The position numbers and the translations under genes are program-made. A stretch of 64,000 nt of DNA, from the NCBI GenBank assembly GCA_015489175.1, contig WGAI01000053.1, positions 9,519-73,518 of the forward strand. Direction: 5' to 3'. This DNA comes from a candidate division WOR-3 bacterium (GTDB lineage Bacteria > Hydrothermota > Hydrothermia > B15-G9). Shown piece after piece: positions 38,001-47,702 of the stretch (the stretch's first letter is position 1; each line of letters opens with the position of its first letter). A model generated the notes under the pieces. The model did not search any database and was not told the origin of the DNA. It saw nothing but the letters and a program-made list of their open reading frames with translations.

Positions 38001-39473
38001 ATGCGATACATCAGGATTACCCTTGTGTTGCTGATGTTTATGTATATCAAGACAGCTCTTGCTCAGACTTCGTTTCCGAGGATGCATGGACTTCCAGTTG
38101 ATAACTACGGCGAAGAGTTGGTATGGAGCGAGTTTCGGGAAGCGTTTCTCGCAGTAGATTCATCTAACGCACTTGATGTCAAACTTTTTGACATGATAAA
38201 AGGATATGCGAACGACGGTTTCTGTTTCGGGATGTCGCTTCTTGCAGGTGCTGTGTATGTAGAAGACGGTTACATGGGGCTGTGTAAACCGCTTGGCTCT
38301 TACGCTGTAGCCGATTCGACGACCAGTGGCAATGACACCCTGACCCCGTTCTGGCCCGTGTTCAAACACGCATATCATGTGTTATGGGCACGCCAGTTCA
38401 GCCAGCCAATGGTCAGGCAAATAGCGGAACTCATATCCAGTGGCGATTTCCAGAACGCAACAGGGACATTCAACAAAGTGGAATCTTACCTATCAGGAAA
38501 TGAAATACCGGTTGTATTGATAAGCGAATCGCTGGCGGTATCAGGCGTAACACCAAGTCTGGGAGGAATGCACGCTGTGCTCGCATACAAAACCGAGAAG
38601 GACGGAACCACATGGAAAATACATGTATATGACCCTTCAAGACCATACATTTCCAATCAGGATTTCTACCGACATGGCCAGAACATCATAACCATAAATT
38701 CGACATCATCCACATCATGGAGTTACCCGGGGCCGAACGGCAATGTATGGAGCGGATTTATATACACAGTTCCTGGAATCAGGCTTCTGGTGCCATCGAC
38801 TAACCCTCTCTTGATCTCCAACCTCGCTGAATCCGTGGCGAAGATTGTGGTAAACGGCTGCGAGATAACGGATGTGGAGACAGGAGACGAAGCGGCCGAT
38901 AAAACCATGTTGTTCCCAATGGATTTCTTCTCGTCTGACAGCACACGCCATTTTTATCTGTTAACCAGCCCCACAGACAGCAATTACAAGCTGAAACTCA
39001 AAAGCCACGGCTCTTACGATATATTGATTGCAGGCAACGGGGGAGTGGCAGAAATACAGGCGAGCGGTGCAAGCAGTGATGAGCTGATCTCGGTGTCCGG
39101 CTTGAAGAGCGGGGCAATTCAGGTCGAGATAACATCTTCCAGCAAAAACGCAGAGTATGTCATAGACATCCACAAAGTAATATCACCCAAACACCTAAAC
39201 ACCTTCACAATAAGGCCTGAGACCATGACCGAAGGCGGCTCCCTCATCGCAGGTATAACTCCCGACGGCAAGCTAAAACTGAGATCATCGTTGCCGCAGA
39301 ACATAACTGTGACCTATGAGGAATATGAAGACGGAAATATCAACAAGCAGCCATCGGCACACCTCGTCCTTGTGCCGAAAGACATCCTTACGGTTGCACC
39401 GTCAAAGGACGATAACGACCACCTGATGGTGCAGAGTCAACATGGGAGGGCCAAACTATGGGCAGAAAACTAA
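38001..39473 (+). CDS. Secreted papain-like (Cys-His-Asp) protease/transglutaminase-fold protein with beta-rich C-terminal domains
   Basis: Signal peptide; GFCFGMS, MHAVLAY and HVYDPS in the order expected for a catalytic triad; AGGAGGTG SD. Confidence 0.65.
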   Translation: MRYIRITLVLLMFMYIKTALAQTSFPRMHGLPVDNYGEELVWSEFREAFLAVDSSNALDVKLFDMIKGYANDGFCFGMSLLAGAVYVEDGYMGLCKPLGSYAVADSTTSGNDTLTPFWPVFKHAYHVLWARQFSQPMVRQIAELISSGDFQNATGTFNKVESYLSGNEIPVVLISESLAVSGVTPSLGGMHAVLAYKTEKDGTTWKIHVYDPSRPYISNQDFYRHGQNIITINSTSSTSWSYPGPNGNVWSGFIYTVPGIRLLVPSTNPLLISNLAESVAKIVVNGCEITDVETGDEAADKTMLFPMDFFSSDSTRHFYLLTSPTDSNYKLKLKSHGSYDILIAGNGGVAEIQASGASSDELISVSGLKSGAIQVEITSSSKNAEYVIDIHKVISPKHLNTFTIRPETMTEGGSLIAGITPDGKLKLRSSLPQNITVTYEEYEDGNINKQPSAHLVLVPKDILTVAPSKDDNDHLMVQSQHGRAKLWAEN

Positions 39474-42400
39474 GATTTATAGGGCTTATCATTTTGATGG
39501 CAAGCAGTTTGTCGGCACAATGGAGGATTAACCTCTTCGTTAACCCCCACCCTCCGCGCAGGATAAGTGAGTGGAGAAAAACATCGGGCATAGTCTCGCT
39601 AACAGTCACATATCAGGGGCCTGGCACCAAAACAGCTTTCCTAAGGGCTGAAATAAGAGGCGCCAGAGCCGGACAAATACTGACGGGACAGTCAAATCCA
39701 ATAACTTTCCCTTCTGGTGTGCCCGTCCCCATCGATAACCCAAGAATGGTGGACTGGGACAATGTTGATTTTTCGGAAAGATTCAGGGAAATTCTTGCAA
39801 GGACAGGCTCCTTGCCGGCTGACAATTACGAGATATGCGTCTCCGTTTTTGAGAGGGAATCCAGCAGGCCATCGGCACAACAATGCGCCTCATTCGAGAT
39901 AATATCTCCCTCTCCCCCGCATCTTCTTACCCCTGAAAACATGGACACCGTATCGTTGAGGAACCTCACATTCAGATGGACACCTGTCAGGACATATCCG
40001 CCGACCGTGCCGCGCTATCGAATAAGGGTATGGCGGGTCTATCCGCGCGACAACATCAAGATGGCGTTACGCCGTCCCCCGGTGATCGACGATGTGGTAT
40101 CGTCCACTATGTATATGCTGCCATTGAGGAGACGGAGTTTACAGGTGGGAGCCAGATATATCTGGGCTGTGCAGGCTATTGACGAAGCGGGTAACCCCAT
40201 AGGTCAAAACAACGGCATGAGCGAGACATGGGTTTTCGTCGTTGGAGGCAGAACAGTAACGCCGAGGTTGCCCCACACTCTAAAAATTGGCCACTTCATT
40301 GTCTCTGTTAGCTCATTCGATGCTGGTTCAAGGATAAGTTCTCTCAGCGGATCAGGTAGGTCATTTTTCTACGATGAAAGCACCGGCAGCAGAGTTGGGT
40401 TCGATGTTGATTTCACAGGACTTGTAGGTGGAACTCAACACGGAGATACACTAATCATAACACGAGGCATGGCGACATCAAACATGTCATCGCCAATCCA
40501 GATAACGGTCGCTGGTTTTAAACTTCACATAAGCAGTGTGACCCTTACACCAGATTCAGCCACAGCTCAACTCTATATGACACACCCATGTCTCTACGAT
40601 ACTGGGAGCCCCGATCCGTGGCAGCTTGGGCCGTTCCAGACAGTTATAGATACCGACGGCGCGTTCATTCAAAGAATTGACGGTTCAAACCTCGAGCCGT
40701 TCAGGATGGCCGATCTGGACATCTATTTCAGGCCAACAGGCGACATCCTCATCGATATGGCGGCAAGGGCGCTGTCATCAGGCTCTTCCAGCACAGGCGG
40801 CGACACCACGGGGAGTAGCTCCGGCAGTTCAGGCAGTTCTGGAGGCGGTTCAGGCGGTGGTTCGCTCACTCCTTTCCCCGGCAGAGTGATAAATCCGGGC
40901 ACCGTGCCACATATCTCGCCGGGCAACCTGACACCACCCGGTCCTACTGGGCCGATAATAAACGGCATACCCGGTCTGGAGGTGTGGCGTGGGATTATCT
41001 TCTACGGCGGGCACACCATCGAGCGCCCAGAAATGAGATATTCGAATACAGGCTACCTTTACGGAGAATACTCGTTCTCAATGGCGGTGCTGACGGATTC
41101 AGGCCTGACCGTGACGCTTGAAGAGCTTGCAAATCCGTGGGATTTCACCACTGTCTCTCCTTACGGTTTCAGGTTCAGCCTCAACGACGGCAGGCTGGAG
41201 ATACAACACTGCAATGTGAAAAGCGGCCACATAAGTGGTGTGGTTAAAATGCCATACGGTGAAAATGGGGTGCAGGATGAGAACGGGGATACGCTTGCTG
41301 CCGAGTTCGATTCGCTGTCAGTCGATTCCACGCTTACATTCGCAGGGTCGGCACACCTCTCAAGCCGTTACATCTCATGGGGGCAGTTTAAGTTATTCCA
41401 CAAACGGGATGTAAACCTCAGGTTTACAGGGGAACCGCGGCAGTATTACCTACTCGCAAAAGGCGACTCCTTCACTTTGTATCCGCATTTAGACACACTC
41501 GTGGGTATGATTTTGAGAGTCAGGCATTATGATTCGCTGTTTATCTACACTCCAGACTTACCAAATCCTATGGACATCAAGCACAGTGCGCTGACAGGGT
41601 GGTTGGTCCTTGATGAACAGGGACTTACTGGCAGGATATGGGTGGAGGAGAAAGGAGGATCATACTTCGCAGGCGAATTCGGCAGGCCGGGCAAGCCGGG
41701 CTACAAATCGGATTCGACCTTTAACCTGAGGTTCAATGTCAATCAGCGAGACAGCATGGATTTTTACATCGAATTTGCTGGAAACTCGACATTCGACGCC
41801 CGATTTGACGGAATCGTGAACGAGATACCTTACCCAACTGCCATCGGTTTCCAGTTCAGACACATGAACATCACCTCGACAGCTGAATTCATCGGCGGCA
41901 AAATCCATTTCGAGCAGCCGGAAACGCTTGCTTACTGGGGTGTTGCAATGGATTGCAAGACCGGCTACCTGAGCATCAGGAGCGGCGAGGCTATCTTCAC
42001 AAACGCCAATATTTCCGAAACGGTTCACTTCAGCAGTCCGTTCAACATCATCTGGTCCGAAATAGCTGCCGATGGAAACCTGAAGAGGATGGATTTCAAC
42101 CAGAACTCGGCATATCAGAAGTTCGATGGGTTTGCCATAACTCTCGATTCAGCTGGTCTTTCGCAATACCGTCCCCATGACAAATTGGGCGCGCTTGTCG
42201 TCAGGTCTTACATACATTTTGACTTCTTCGGCCAATCAGACACACTGGTAACTGTGTATGACTACAAGGACACAACTCACACAGCAAAGCCATATTACGG
42301 CAGGAATGTAAGGATAGATTCACCAGCTGTCTTCGGGCTCAGACGGAGATGGGGCAACGGGCTTGCGGACTTCAATTTGGACAGTGTGACTTACGATGTT

Positions 42401-43474
42401 GCGAAACAATACGGCTTCCTTGGCGCTGGTCAGTTCTCGATCCAGTATCTTGACAGGAGCCTCTACATGGCTGGAGACCTCAAGAGCGAGGGAACACGGC
42501 TCTGCATAGCGGATTCAGCACATGTTACCACGGTTGATATGGGAGCGACAGCCGTGACAGCAATAAGGGACATCTGGGGATGCGCATTTATTAAAGGAGA
42601 TGAGCTGAAGAGGATTGTCATTGGCGGCTCGATAACGAGCTCAGCGGTTTCAACGGTTATCGTGTCAGCTGGAGCTACAGGACGCTTGACACTGGCGATT
42701 TCCCCCACCGTATCGAAACTGATCATAGAGGGGCGATATGAATTCAAGAGCATCGTAAATGGTGTGGAAATGGACGCTTACTCGAGGCTGGTGTATAACC
42801 GCGGCGAGCATTACCTCGAAGGTGACATCTATGGGATGTTCAATCTCGGCGGGGGATTGCCGATAGGATCCGCCCACACAATGGTTTACGGCAGATTCAC
42901 ATTCCACATGGGGGTTGATTACACCTCCGTTCAAGGTGAAGGCAGCATAGACTTCAACTGGTCGCAGTTAGAGCTATCTCTATCCCTTACATCCGGTGGT
43001 GCACTTGGCGTAAAAGGTGGATTTTTCGTAGGTGTGAATGTCCCGAAGAACAAAGCATGGATTCTCACTCACAGGAATGGCCGATTTGGTGTGAACATGG
43101 CCAATTTGCCCGCAACTCTGACAGGCTTCTACACCTACACCGACATAAAAACTGATTTCGACATAGGACTGTTCGGAGGCGGTGCCGAGGTATTCCTCGG
43201 CATGGGAGCCATGACAAACGGTGTGGGCTCTGCCTCGGCATGCGGAGGCCTTCCGCTTCCCTATGTGATAGGCGATCTTGGAATTTACCTGTATGGCGAA
43301 ATTCTGTGGGGGTTGGTATCTGCATCAGGGACATTTGAGGGGCAATTCATCGGCCCATGTCCATTCGCGATCGAAGGCACAATCAGACTTGAAGGATGCG
43401 TCGCATGGGTTCTCTGTGCTGAAGTCGGGCTCACCGTCGGCGTGAGCAGCCAAAGGGGGTTTTACATTGAATAG
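39458..43474 (+). CDS. Large secreted beta-rich protein (TANFOR-like/FN3 N-terminus, Ser/Gly/Pro linker, Gly-rich beta C-terminus)
   Basis: Signal peptide; LP..NYEICV, PPHLLTPEN, FRWTP and LQVGARYIWAVQA motifs; no T9SS CTD. Confidence 0.7.
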   Translation: MGRKLRFIGLIILMASSLSAQWRINLFVNPHPPRRISEWRKTSGIVSLTVTYQGPGTKTAFLRAEIRGARAGQILTGQSNPITFPSGVPVPIDNPRMVDWDNVDFSERFREILARTGSLPADNYEICVSVFERESSRPSAQQCASFEIISPSPPHLLTPENMDTVSLRNLTFRWTPVRTYPPTVPRYRIRVWRVYPRDNIKMALRRPPVIDDVVSSTMYMLPLRRRSLQVGARYIWAVQAIDEAGNPIGQNNGMSETWVFVVGGRTVTPRLPHTLKIGHFIVSVSSFDAGSRISSLSGSGRSFFYDESTGSRVGFDVDFTGLVGGTQHGDTLIITRGMATSNMSSPIQITVAGFKLHISSVTLTPDSATAQLYMTHPCLYDTGSPDPWQLGPFQTVIDTDGAFIQRIDGSNLEPFRMADLDIYFRPTGDILIDMAARALSSGSSSTGGDTTGSSSGSSGSSGGGSGGGSLTPFPGRVINPGTVPHISPGNLTPPGPTGPIINGIPGLEVWRGIIFYGGHTIERPEMRYSNTGYLYGEYSFSMAVLTDSGLTVTLEELANPWDFTTVSPYGFRFSLNDGRLEIQHCNVKSGHISGVVKMPYGENGVQDENGDTLAAEFDSLSVDSTLTFAGSAHLSSRYISWGQFKLFHKRDVNLRFTGEPRQYYLLAKGDSFTLYPHLDTLVGMILRVRHYDSLFIYTPDLPNPMDIKHSALTGWLVLDEQGLTGRIWVEEKGGSYFAGEFGRPGKPGYKSDSTFNLRFNVNQRDSMDFYIEFAGNSTFDARFDGIVNEIPYPTAIGFQFRHMNITSTAEFIGGKIHFEQPETLAYWGVAMDCKTGYLSIRSGEAIFTNANISETVHFSSPFNIIWSEIAADGNLKRMDFNQNSAYQKFDGFAITLDSAGLSQYRPHDKLGALVVRSYIHFDFFGQSDTLVTVYDYKDTTHTAKPYYGRNVRIDSPAVFGLRRRWGNGLADFNLDSVTYDVAKQYGFLGAGQFSIQYLDRSLYMAGDLKSEGTRLCIADSAHVTTVDMGATAVTAIRDIWGCAFIKGDELKRIVIGGSITSSAVSTVIVSAGATGRLTLAISPTVSKLIIEGRYEFKSIVNGVEMDAYSRLVYNRGEHYLEGDIYGMFNLGGGLPIGSAHTMVYGRFTFHMGVDYTSVQGEGSIDFNWSQLELSLSLTSGGALGVKGGFFVGVNVPKNKAWILTHRNGRFGVNMANLPATLTGFYTYTDIKTDFDIGLFGGGAEVFLGMGAMTNGVGSASACGGLPLPYVIGDLGIYLYGEILWGLVSASGTFEGQFIGPCPFAIEGTIRLEGCVAWVLCAEVGLTVGVSSQRGFYIE

Positions 43475-45674
43475 AAAGATATTACTCACGGCAATTTTAC
43501 TGGTTGCATCGCTCCCGAAAGCAGCGGGAGCCACCGGAAGCACCACAAAATTGGTTGCCGATACAAAAGGCAACAAAGTGGTGCTCATCTGGAATCACTC
43601 AGGACCTTATATCGGATACAACATATATCGGAAAGGAAGCGGTGGTAAATACACAAAACTCAATCCCGCTCCAATAAGAACCGTGACATCATGCAGGACG
43701 ATTCAGAGGATCATCTCGCCCGGAACGCCGGATTGGGAGAAACTGCATAGCCTTTCGATAAAACCGTGCTCTATTCCGGACATAATACAAAATGACACTT
43801 TGAAGAGGAAAATGTTACTTGCACTTGCTTACACCGGGATGTATAGGATAGCCCGTGTTATTGGAATTGGATACATCGACCCGCACCCAGGAATTGGGAA
43901 CACTTACAGTTATGCGTTGACCGGAGTTCTCAGGGGAGGTTCAGAAACACACTTCCTTGATTCTGTCACGGTGACGGTTGGTTCTCCGGTTGTGCCACCT
44001 GCCCCCACGCATGTTGAGGCCTACCCCGGAGACAACAAGGTGATGGTCAGATGGACACCTGTGGAAAACGCCACTGGATACATAGTGGAGCGCAGGACAG
44101 GAGCAGGCTCTTATGTCCGTGTGAACGAGGCCATGATGATGACGAAGTGCACCGAGACGCCTTTCGGGCAGCCGCTCCCGGATTCTTCAAAGCTTTGTTT
44201 CACGGATCACCTCAGGTGGTCAGGCTCGGAGCCGGATAGCCACAATGTCGATGGTGTGTGGGTAAAGGGCCCGTTCAACGGAATAACCTACCAATACAGG
44301 GTTCGCGCCGTCACGATACTTGGCAACAACGGCTCGCCAAGCTCGCCTGTCTCGGCCACACCTGTGGACTCCACGCCGCCTCAGGCTCCTGAAGACATAC
44401 ATGTAACTACAGTGGGCGAGAGTCTCCGAGTTTCGTGGGAGAAAATCGAGCAGGACATAAACTACCATAAAGAGCTTCAGGGGATTTCAGGCTATAGACT
44501 TTACAGATACACATCAGCGGAAGATACAAACGGCGTGTTTGTGGCAACTGTGCCGCAGCCAGCCGGCAGCACGACGATGCAGGTTACATATCTTGACAAC
44601 ACACCGGGACTGGGTTCACCTCACGGGGACAGAGTTTATTACTACCGTATAGTTACAGTGGATAATAACGGAAACAAGAGCACTTACAGCGCACCTGTTA
44701 ACGGGATTGTAAAGGACATAACTCCTCCCGATCCTCCAACTAATATTGAGGCAGTGGGATACACTGATTACATAGTGGTGCACTGGAGGAAGCCACATGC
44801 TCCCGATGTCGCGGGATATCAGATTTATCGGGGCATTTGCAGTGATACTTTGATAAAAAACGAAAGGAGGATAGTTTACCCGCTACACCTGATTGCAACA
44901 GTGGATGATGCCGATTCACTGGTTTACGCTGATCACGGATTGCCCAAGGGGTCGCCACTGTGTTACCGCTATGCGGTCAGGGCGATAGACAAAAGTCAAA
45001 ATGTCAGCGACACAGCTAACACTTACTGCGAAAAACTGCGTGAAAGGGTCGCTCCCCCACCTCCTGAGATAATAGGCCTGAAAGCTCGGAATAAAGCCGT
45101 GCTTGTTCAATGGGTTTCAGCCCCTGTGCAGGATCTTTTTGGATTTGTAGTTGAGAGAAAGGACTCATCGGGCTCATGGGTTCGCGTCTCTCCTGAGCTG
45201 CACTTCCCCGATAAGCCAACATGCGCAGACATTCAGGCCAATTCGATATGGGCACCGGACACGGTCTATTCGTTCCTCGATACCGGTGTTGTGGCAAAAG
45301 TCGAATACACATATCGTGTTCGGGGTGCAGATTTCGATGGGAATATTGGCGAACCATCAACAGAAGTTTCCACCTATACCTACGATTTCAAACATCCCAT
45401 GAGACCGCTTATAACATCGGTTACATCGACAGGAACTGGCATTCGGCTTCAGTGGGAACCCCTCTTCTCGCCTTCCGAACATGAGGGATTTGTAGTTTTT
45501 CGTTCAAAGTCATCGCACGGCCCATTCTATCAGATAAGCGGTCTCATAAAAGGTAGCGCTTTTATAGACAAGAATGTCATTCATGGCCAGACTTTCTGGT
45601 ATAAAGTCCAGCTGATAGACAAGAGTGGAAACAGATCGGTGCCATCACCCGCAAGGTATGGCCAGCTACCATAA
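43467..45674 (+). CDS. Secreted multi-fibronectin type III domain protein
   Basis: About six FN3 units (PP.P....V.W......GY.IYR ... Y.YRV.AVD..GN.S); TTG start overlapping the upstream gene. Confidence 0.85.
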   Translation: MNRKILLTAILLVASLPKAAGATGSTTKLVADTKGNKVVLIWNHSGPYIGYNIYRKGSGGKYTKLNPAPIRTVTSCRTIQRIISPGTPDWEKLHSLSIKPCSIPDIIQNDTLKRKMLLALAYTGMYRIARVIGIGYIDPHPGIGNTYSYALTGVLRGGSETHFLDSVTVTVGSPVVPPAPTHVEAYPGDNKVMVRWTPVENATGYIVERRTGAGSYVRVNEAMMMTKCTETPFGQPLPDSSKLCFTDHLRWSGSEPDSHNVDGVWVKGPFNGITYQYRVRAVTILGNNGSPSSPVSATPVDSTPPQAPEDIHVTTVGESLRVSWEKIEQDINYHKELQGISGYRLYRYTSAEDTNGVFVATVPQPAGSTTMQVTYLDNTPGLGSPHGDRVYYYRIVTVDNNGNKSTYSAPVNGIVKDITPPDPPTNIEAVGYTDYIVVHWRKPHAPDVAGYQIYRGICSDTLIKNERRIVYPLHLIATVDDADSLVYADHGLPKGSPLCYRYAVRAIDKSQNVSDTANTYCEKLRERVAPPPPEIIGLKARNKAVLVQWVSAPVQDLFGFVVERKDSSGSWVRVSPELHFPDKPTCADIQANSIWAPDTVYSFLDTGVVAKVEYTYRVRGADFDGNIGEPSTEVSTYTYDFKHPMRPLITSVTSTGTGIRLQWEPLFSPSEHEGFVVFRSKSSHGPFYQISGLIKGSAFIDKNVIHGQTFWYKVQLIDKSGNRSVPSPARYGQLP

Positions 45675-45690
45675 GAAACGGAGATGAAAA

Positions 45691-47268
45691 ATGATTGCTT
45701 TACTAACAAAAGCGTTCCTGATAGCCACTGTTGAGCTTGGCCCGGTTGGATTTAGCGGAAACGCTCAATTCATGTTCGAATACGATACGCTAACTGGCGT
45801 GACCCAGACTGCACCTGCGCTGATGGCAAGATGGCAGTTTAACCCATCGATCAGCTTCTACGGACTTCCGATATCGCTCAATCTGTCGCTTTCATCGGTA
45901 AAAAACGGCTTTCTGAATCAGCTTGAGGCGTGGACACTGACATTCGAGCCACAAAAGATGCTATCCTACATGCCGTCTCTCCCCGGTTTCCTTTTCTCGT
46001 TTCCGATGATTTCTTTTGGCAACACAAACCCAGAATTCTCATCACTCACACTCTACGGCACTTCAGTTGACGGATTTACGGTTAAATATTCGCCAGGTAA
46101 GTTCTACATAGCGCTTACACGAGGAAAATTAACCCAGGTGGATTCTGTCCTTGGAGAAGTTTATCCGAGGCGGGTTCTCGGCTACAAAGTGGGGGTTGGG
46201 GCGCCTGACGGCGCCCACCTCCACTTAACCTATGCCCATTTCTTAGACGACACGACAGGATTTTCCATATCCGATTCCAATCCACCGCGCGAAAATTTCA
46301 TTATGGGGTTAAACATGGGGATGAATTTGAAACACATGCATCTGCAAGCTGAAATAGCAGGCAGTGAGGTCACGGATGACATCAGGGATTCCATTATCGA
46401 AGTAGAAAAAATGCCCCAATTCCTGATCAAACAATTCAAGCCGCGTGTGTCCACGCATGCGGATTATGCAGCTCGTGTAAGAATAGCATCTAAGATCAAG
46501 GGCACATCTTTCAAGGTTTACGGCCAATATGTCGGCCCTGGCTATGAATCATTTGGAACGGCCATTCTGAAAAACGATGCAATCGAGTATGGCGCTGAAT
46601 TCAGGACGGCTATGTTGCACGGTATGGTCTCGCTCGGCGGGAACTATCGGACGAGCAAGGATAATATCCTTGGGATAAAGGGGATAACCACGCAAAACAC
46701 CATTTACCACATCGACATCAGCGTGGCGCCTCCGAATTTGCCATTTTTGCAACTCTCACTGGATCAGACATCGCAAATGGTAGAGGACACTGCCAGTTTT
46801 ACAAGCAGGATGATAATGGCATCGGCTGGCTATCCTTACATAATCAGGAACATGAGCCTGTTCTCTCAACTATCGCTAAGCTATCAGAACTCTGACACAC
46901 CGGATACCCTTTATCATGCGCAATCTTATGGCCTCATAACGGTTTCCCAATCACTTGCATTCAAATTCCCGCTTACGCTCTCAGCCACCATGACATACGG
47001 TAAATTCAAATCTGACACCATGCAGATGAACAGGTCAACCTTCGATTTCTCAGCGAGTTACACTGTAAAGAAATTTATGCCAGTTGCTGGCGTATCTTAT
47101 TCGTCATCAGACGATGAAAACAGAACTAACCTGTATCTCCGTGCATCTTATAGGCCAGGTTGGGATGTCACAATATCAAGTTCACTTCTCTATGGCATGG
47201 GCAACAAATCCGGAAGCGGGTCGTTCTCCGAAAAGAAATTTACCTTTTTGATTGGAAAAACATGGTAG
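45691..47268 (+). CDS. Predicted large outer-membrane beta-barrel protein
   Basis: Continuous amphipathic strands, YVGPGYESFG..LKND loop, C-terminal FTFLIGKTW (aromatic end typical of BAM substrates). Confidence 0.75.
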   Translation: MIALLTKAFLIATVELGPVGFSGNAQFMFEYDTLTGVTQTAPALMARWQFNPSISFYGLPISLNLSLSSVKNGFLNQLEAWTLTFEPQKMLSYMPSLPGFLFSFPMISFGNTNPEFSSLTLYGTSVDGFTVKYSPGKFYIALTRGKLTQVDSVLGEVYPRRVLGYKVGVGAPDGAHLHLTYAHFLDDTTGFSISDSNPPRENFIMGLNMGMNLKHMHLQAEIAGSEVTDDIRDSIIEVEKMPQFLIKQFKPRVSTHADYAARVRIASKIKGTSFKVYGQYVGPGYESFGTAILKNDAIEYGAEFRTAMLHGMVSLGGNYRTSKDNILGIKGITTQNTIYHIDISVAPPNLPFLQLSLDQTSQMVEDTASFTSRMIMASAGYPYIIRNMSLFSQLSLSYQNSDTPDTLYHAQSYGLITVSQSLAFKFPLTLSATMTYGKFKSDTMQMNRSTFDFSASYTVKKFMPVAGVSYSSSDDENRTNLYLRASYRPGWDVTISSSLLYGMGNKSGSGSFSEKKFTFLIGKTW

Positions 47269-47303
47269 GCACATCAAAAATTAGGGGGATGGACATAAAT
47301 TTC

Positions 47304-47332
47304 TTGACACCATTATATCCCACAGGTAATAT
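47304..47332 (+). promoter_or_regulatory. Near-consensus sigma70 promoter TTGACA-17-TAATAT
   Basis: Read directly upstream of the lipoprotein pair. Confidence 0.75.
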
Positions 47333-47365
47333 TTAGTCACCAAAAACCAAACAGGAGGTTTTGTT

Positions 47366-47668
47366 ATGAGGAAAGTATGGATAGTCATGGCGATTGCTGG
47401 CGGGCTTGTGCTTGCAGCGTCATGCAATTCCGGAAAGGTGAAAGAGCTTGAGCAGCAGGTTACACAGCTTCAGGATCAGGTTACAACCCTTCAGGACAGT
47501 ATTCAGATGCTGAACTCTGTGATCGATTCTCTGAACGCTGAGCTTGCTGCCGCTCAGGCACCTGAGATGAAGACACAGAGCGTCAAAAAACAACAGAGCA
47601 GTTATAAACCCAAGAAACCTGCTCAGTCCAGCAAACCTGCTCCTCCACCCAAAGTTGGTGGAAGGTGA
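47366..47668 (+). CDS. Small coiled-coil lipoprotein with Lys/Pro-rich tail
   Basis: Lipobox LAASC; heptads VKELEQQVTQLQDQVTTLQDSIQMLNSVIDSLNAEL; AGGAGG SD. Confidence 0.85.
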   Translation: MRKVWIVMAIAGGLVLAASCNSGKVKELEQQVTQLQDQVTTLQDSIQMLNSVIDSLNAELAAAQAPEMKTQSVKKQQSSYKPKKPAQSSKPAPPPKVGGR

Positions 47669-47702
47669 TAGGTGAGCTGAATCCCCAACAGGAGGGAAGG
47701 AT

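Noticed and set aside
37814..38101. 95-aa plus-strand ORF upstream of the four-gene operon
   Set aside because: It overlaps the SD and start of the real gene in another frame, and nothing supports coding.
40770..40870. Ser/Gly-coding low-complexity stretch as a DNA tandem repeat or contingency locus
   Set aside because: Codons vary; there is no exact nucleotide repeat unit.
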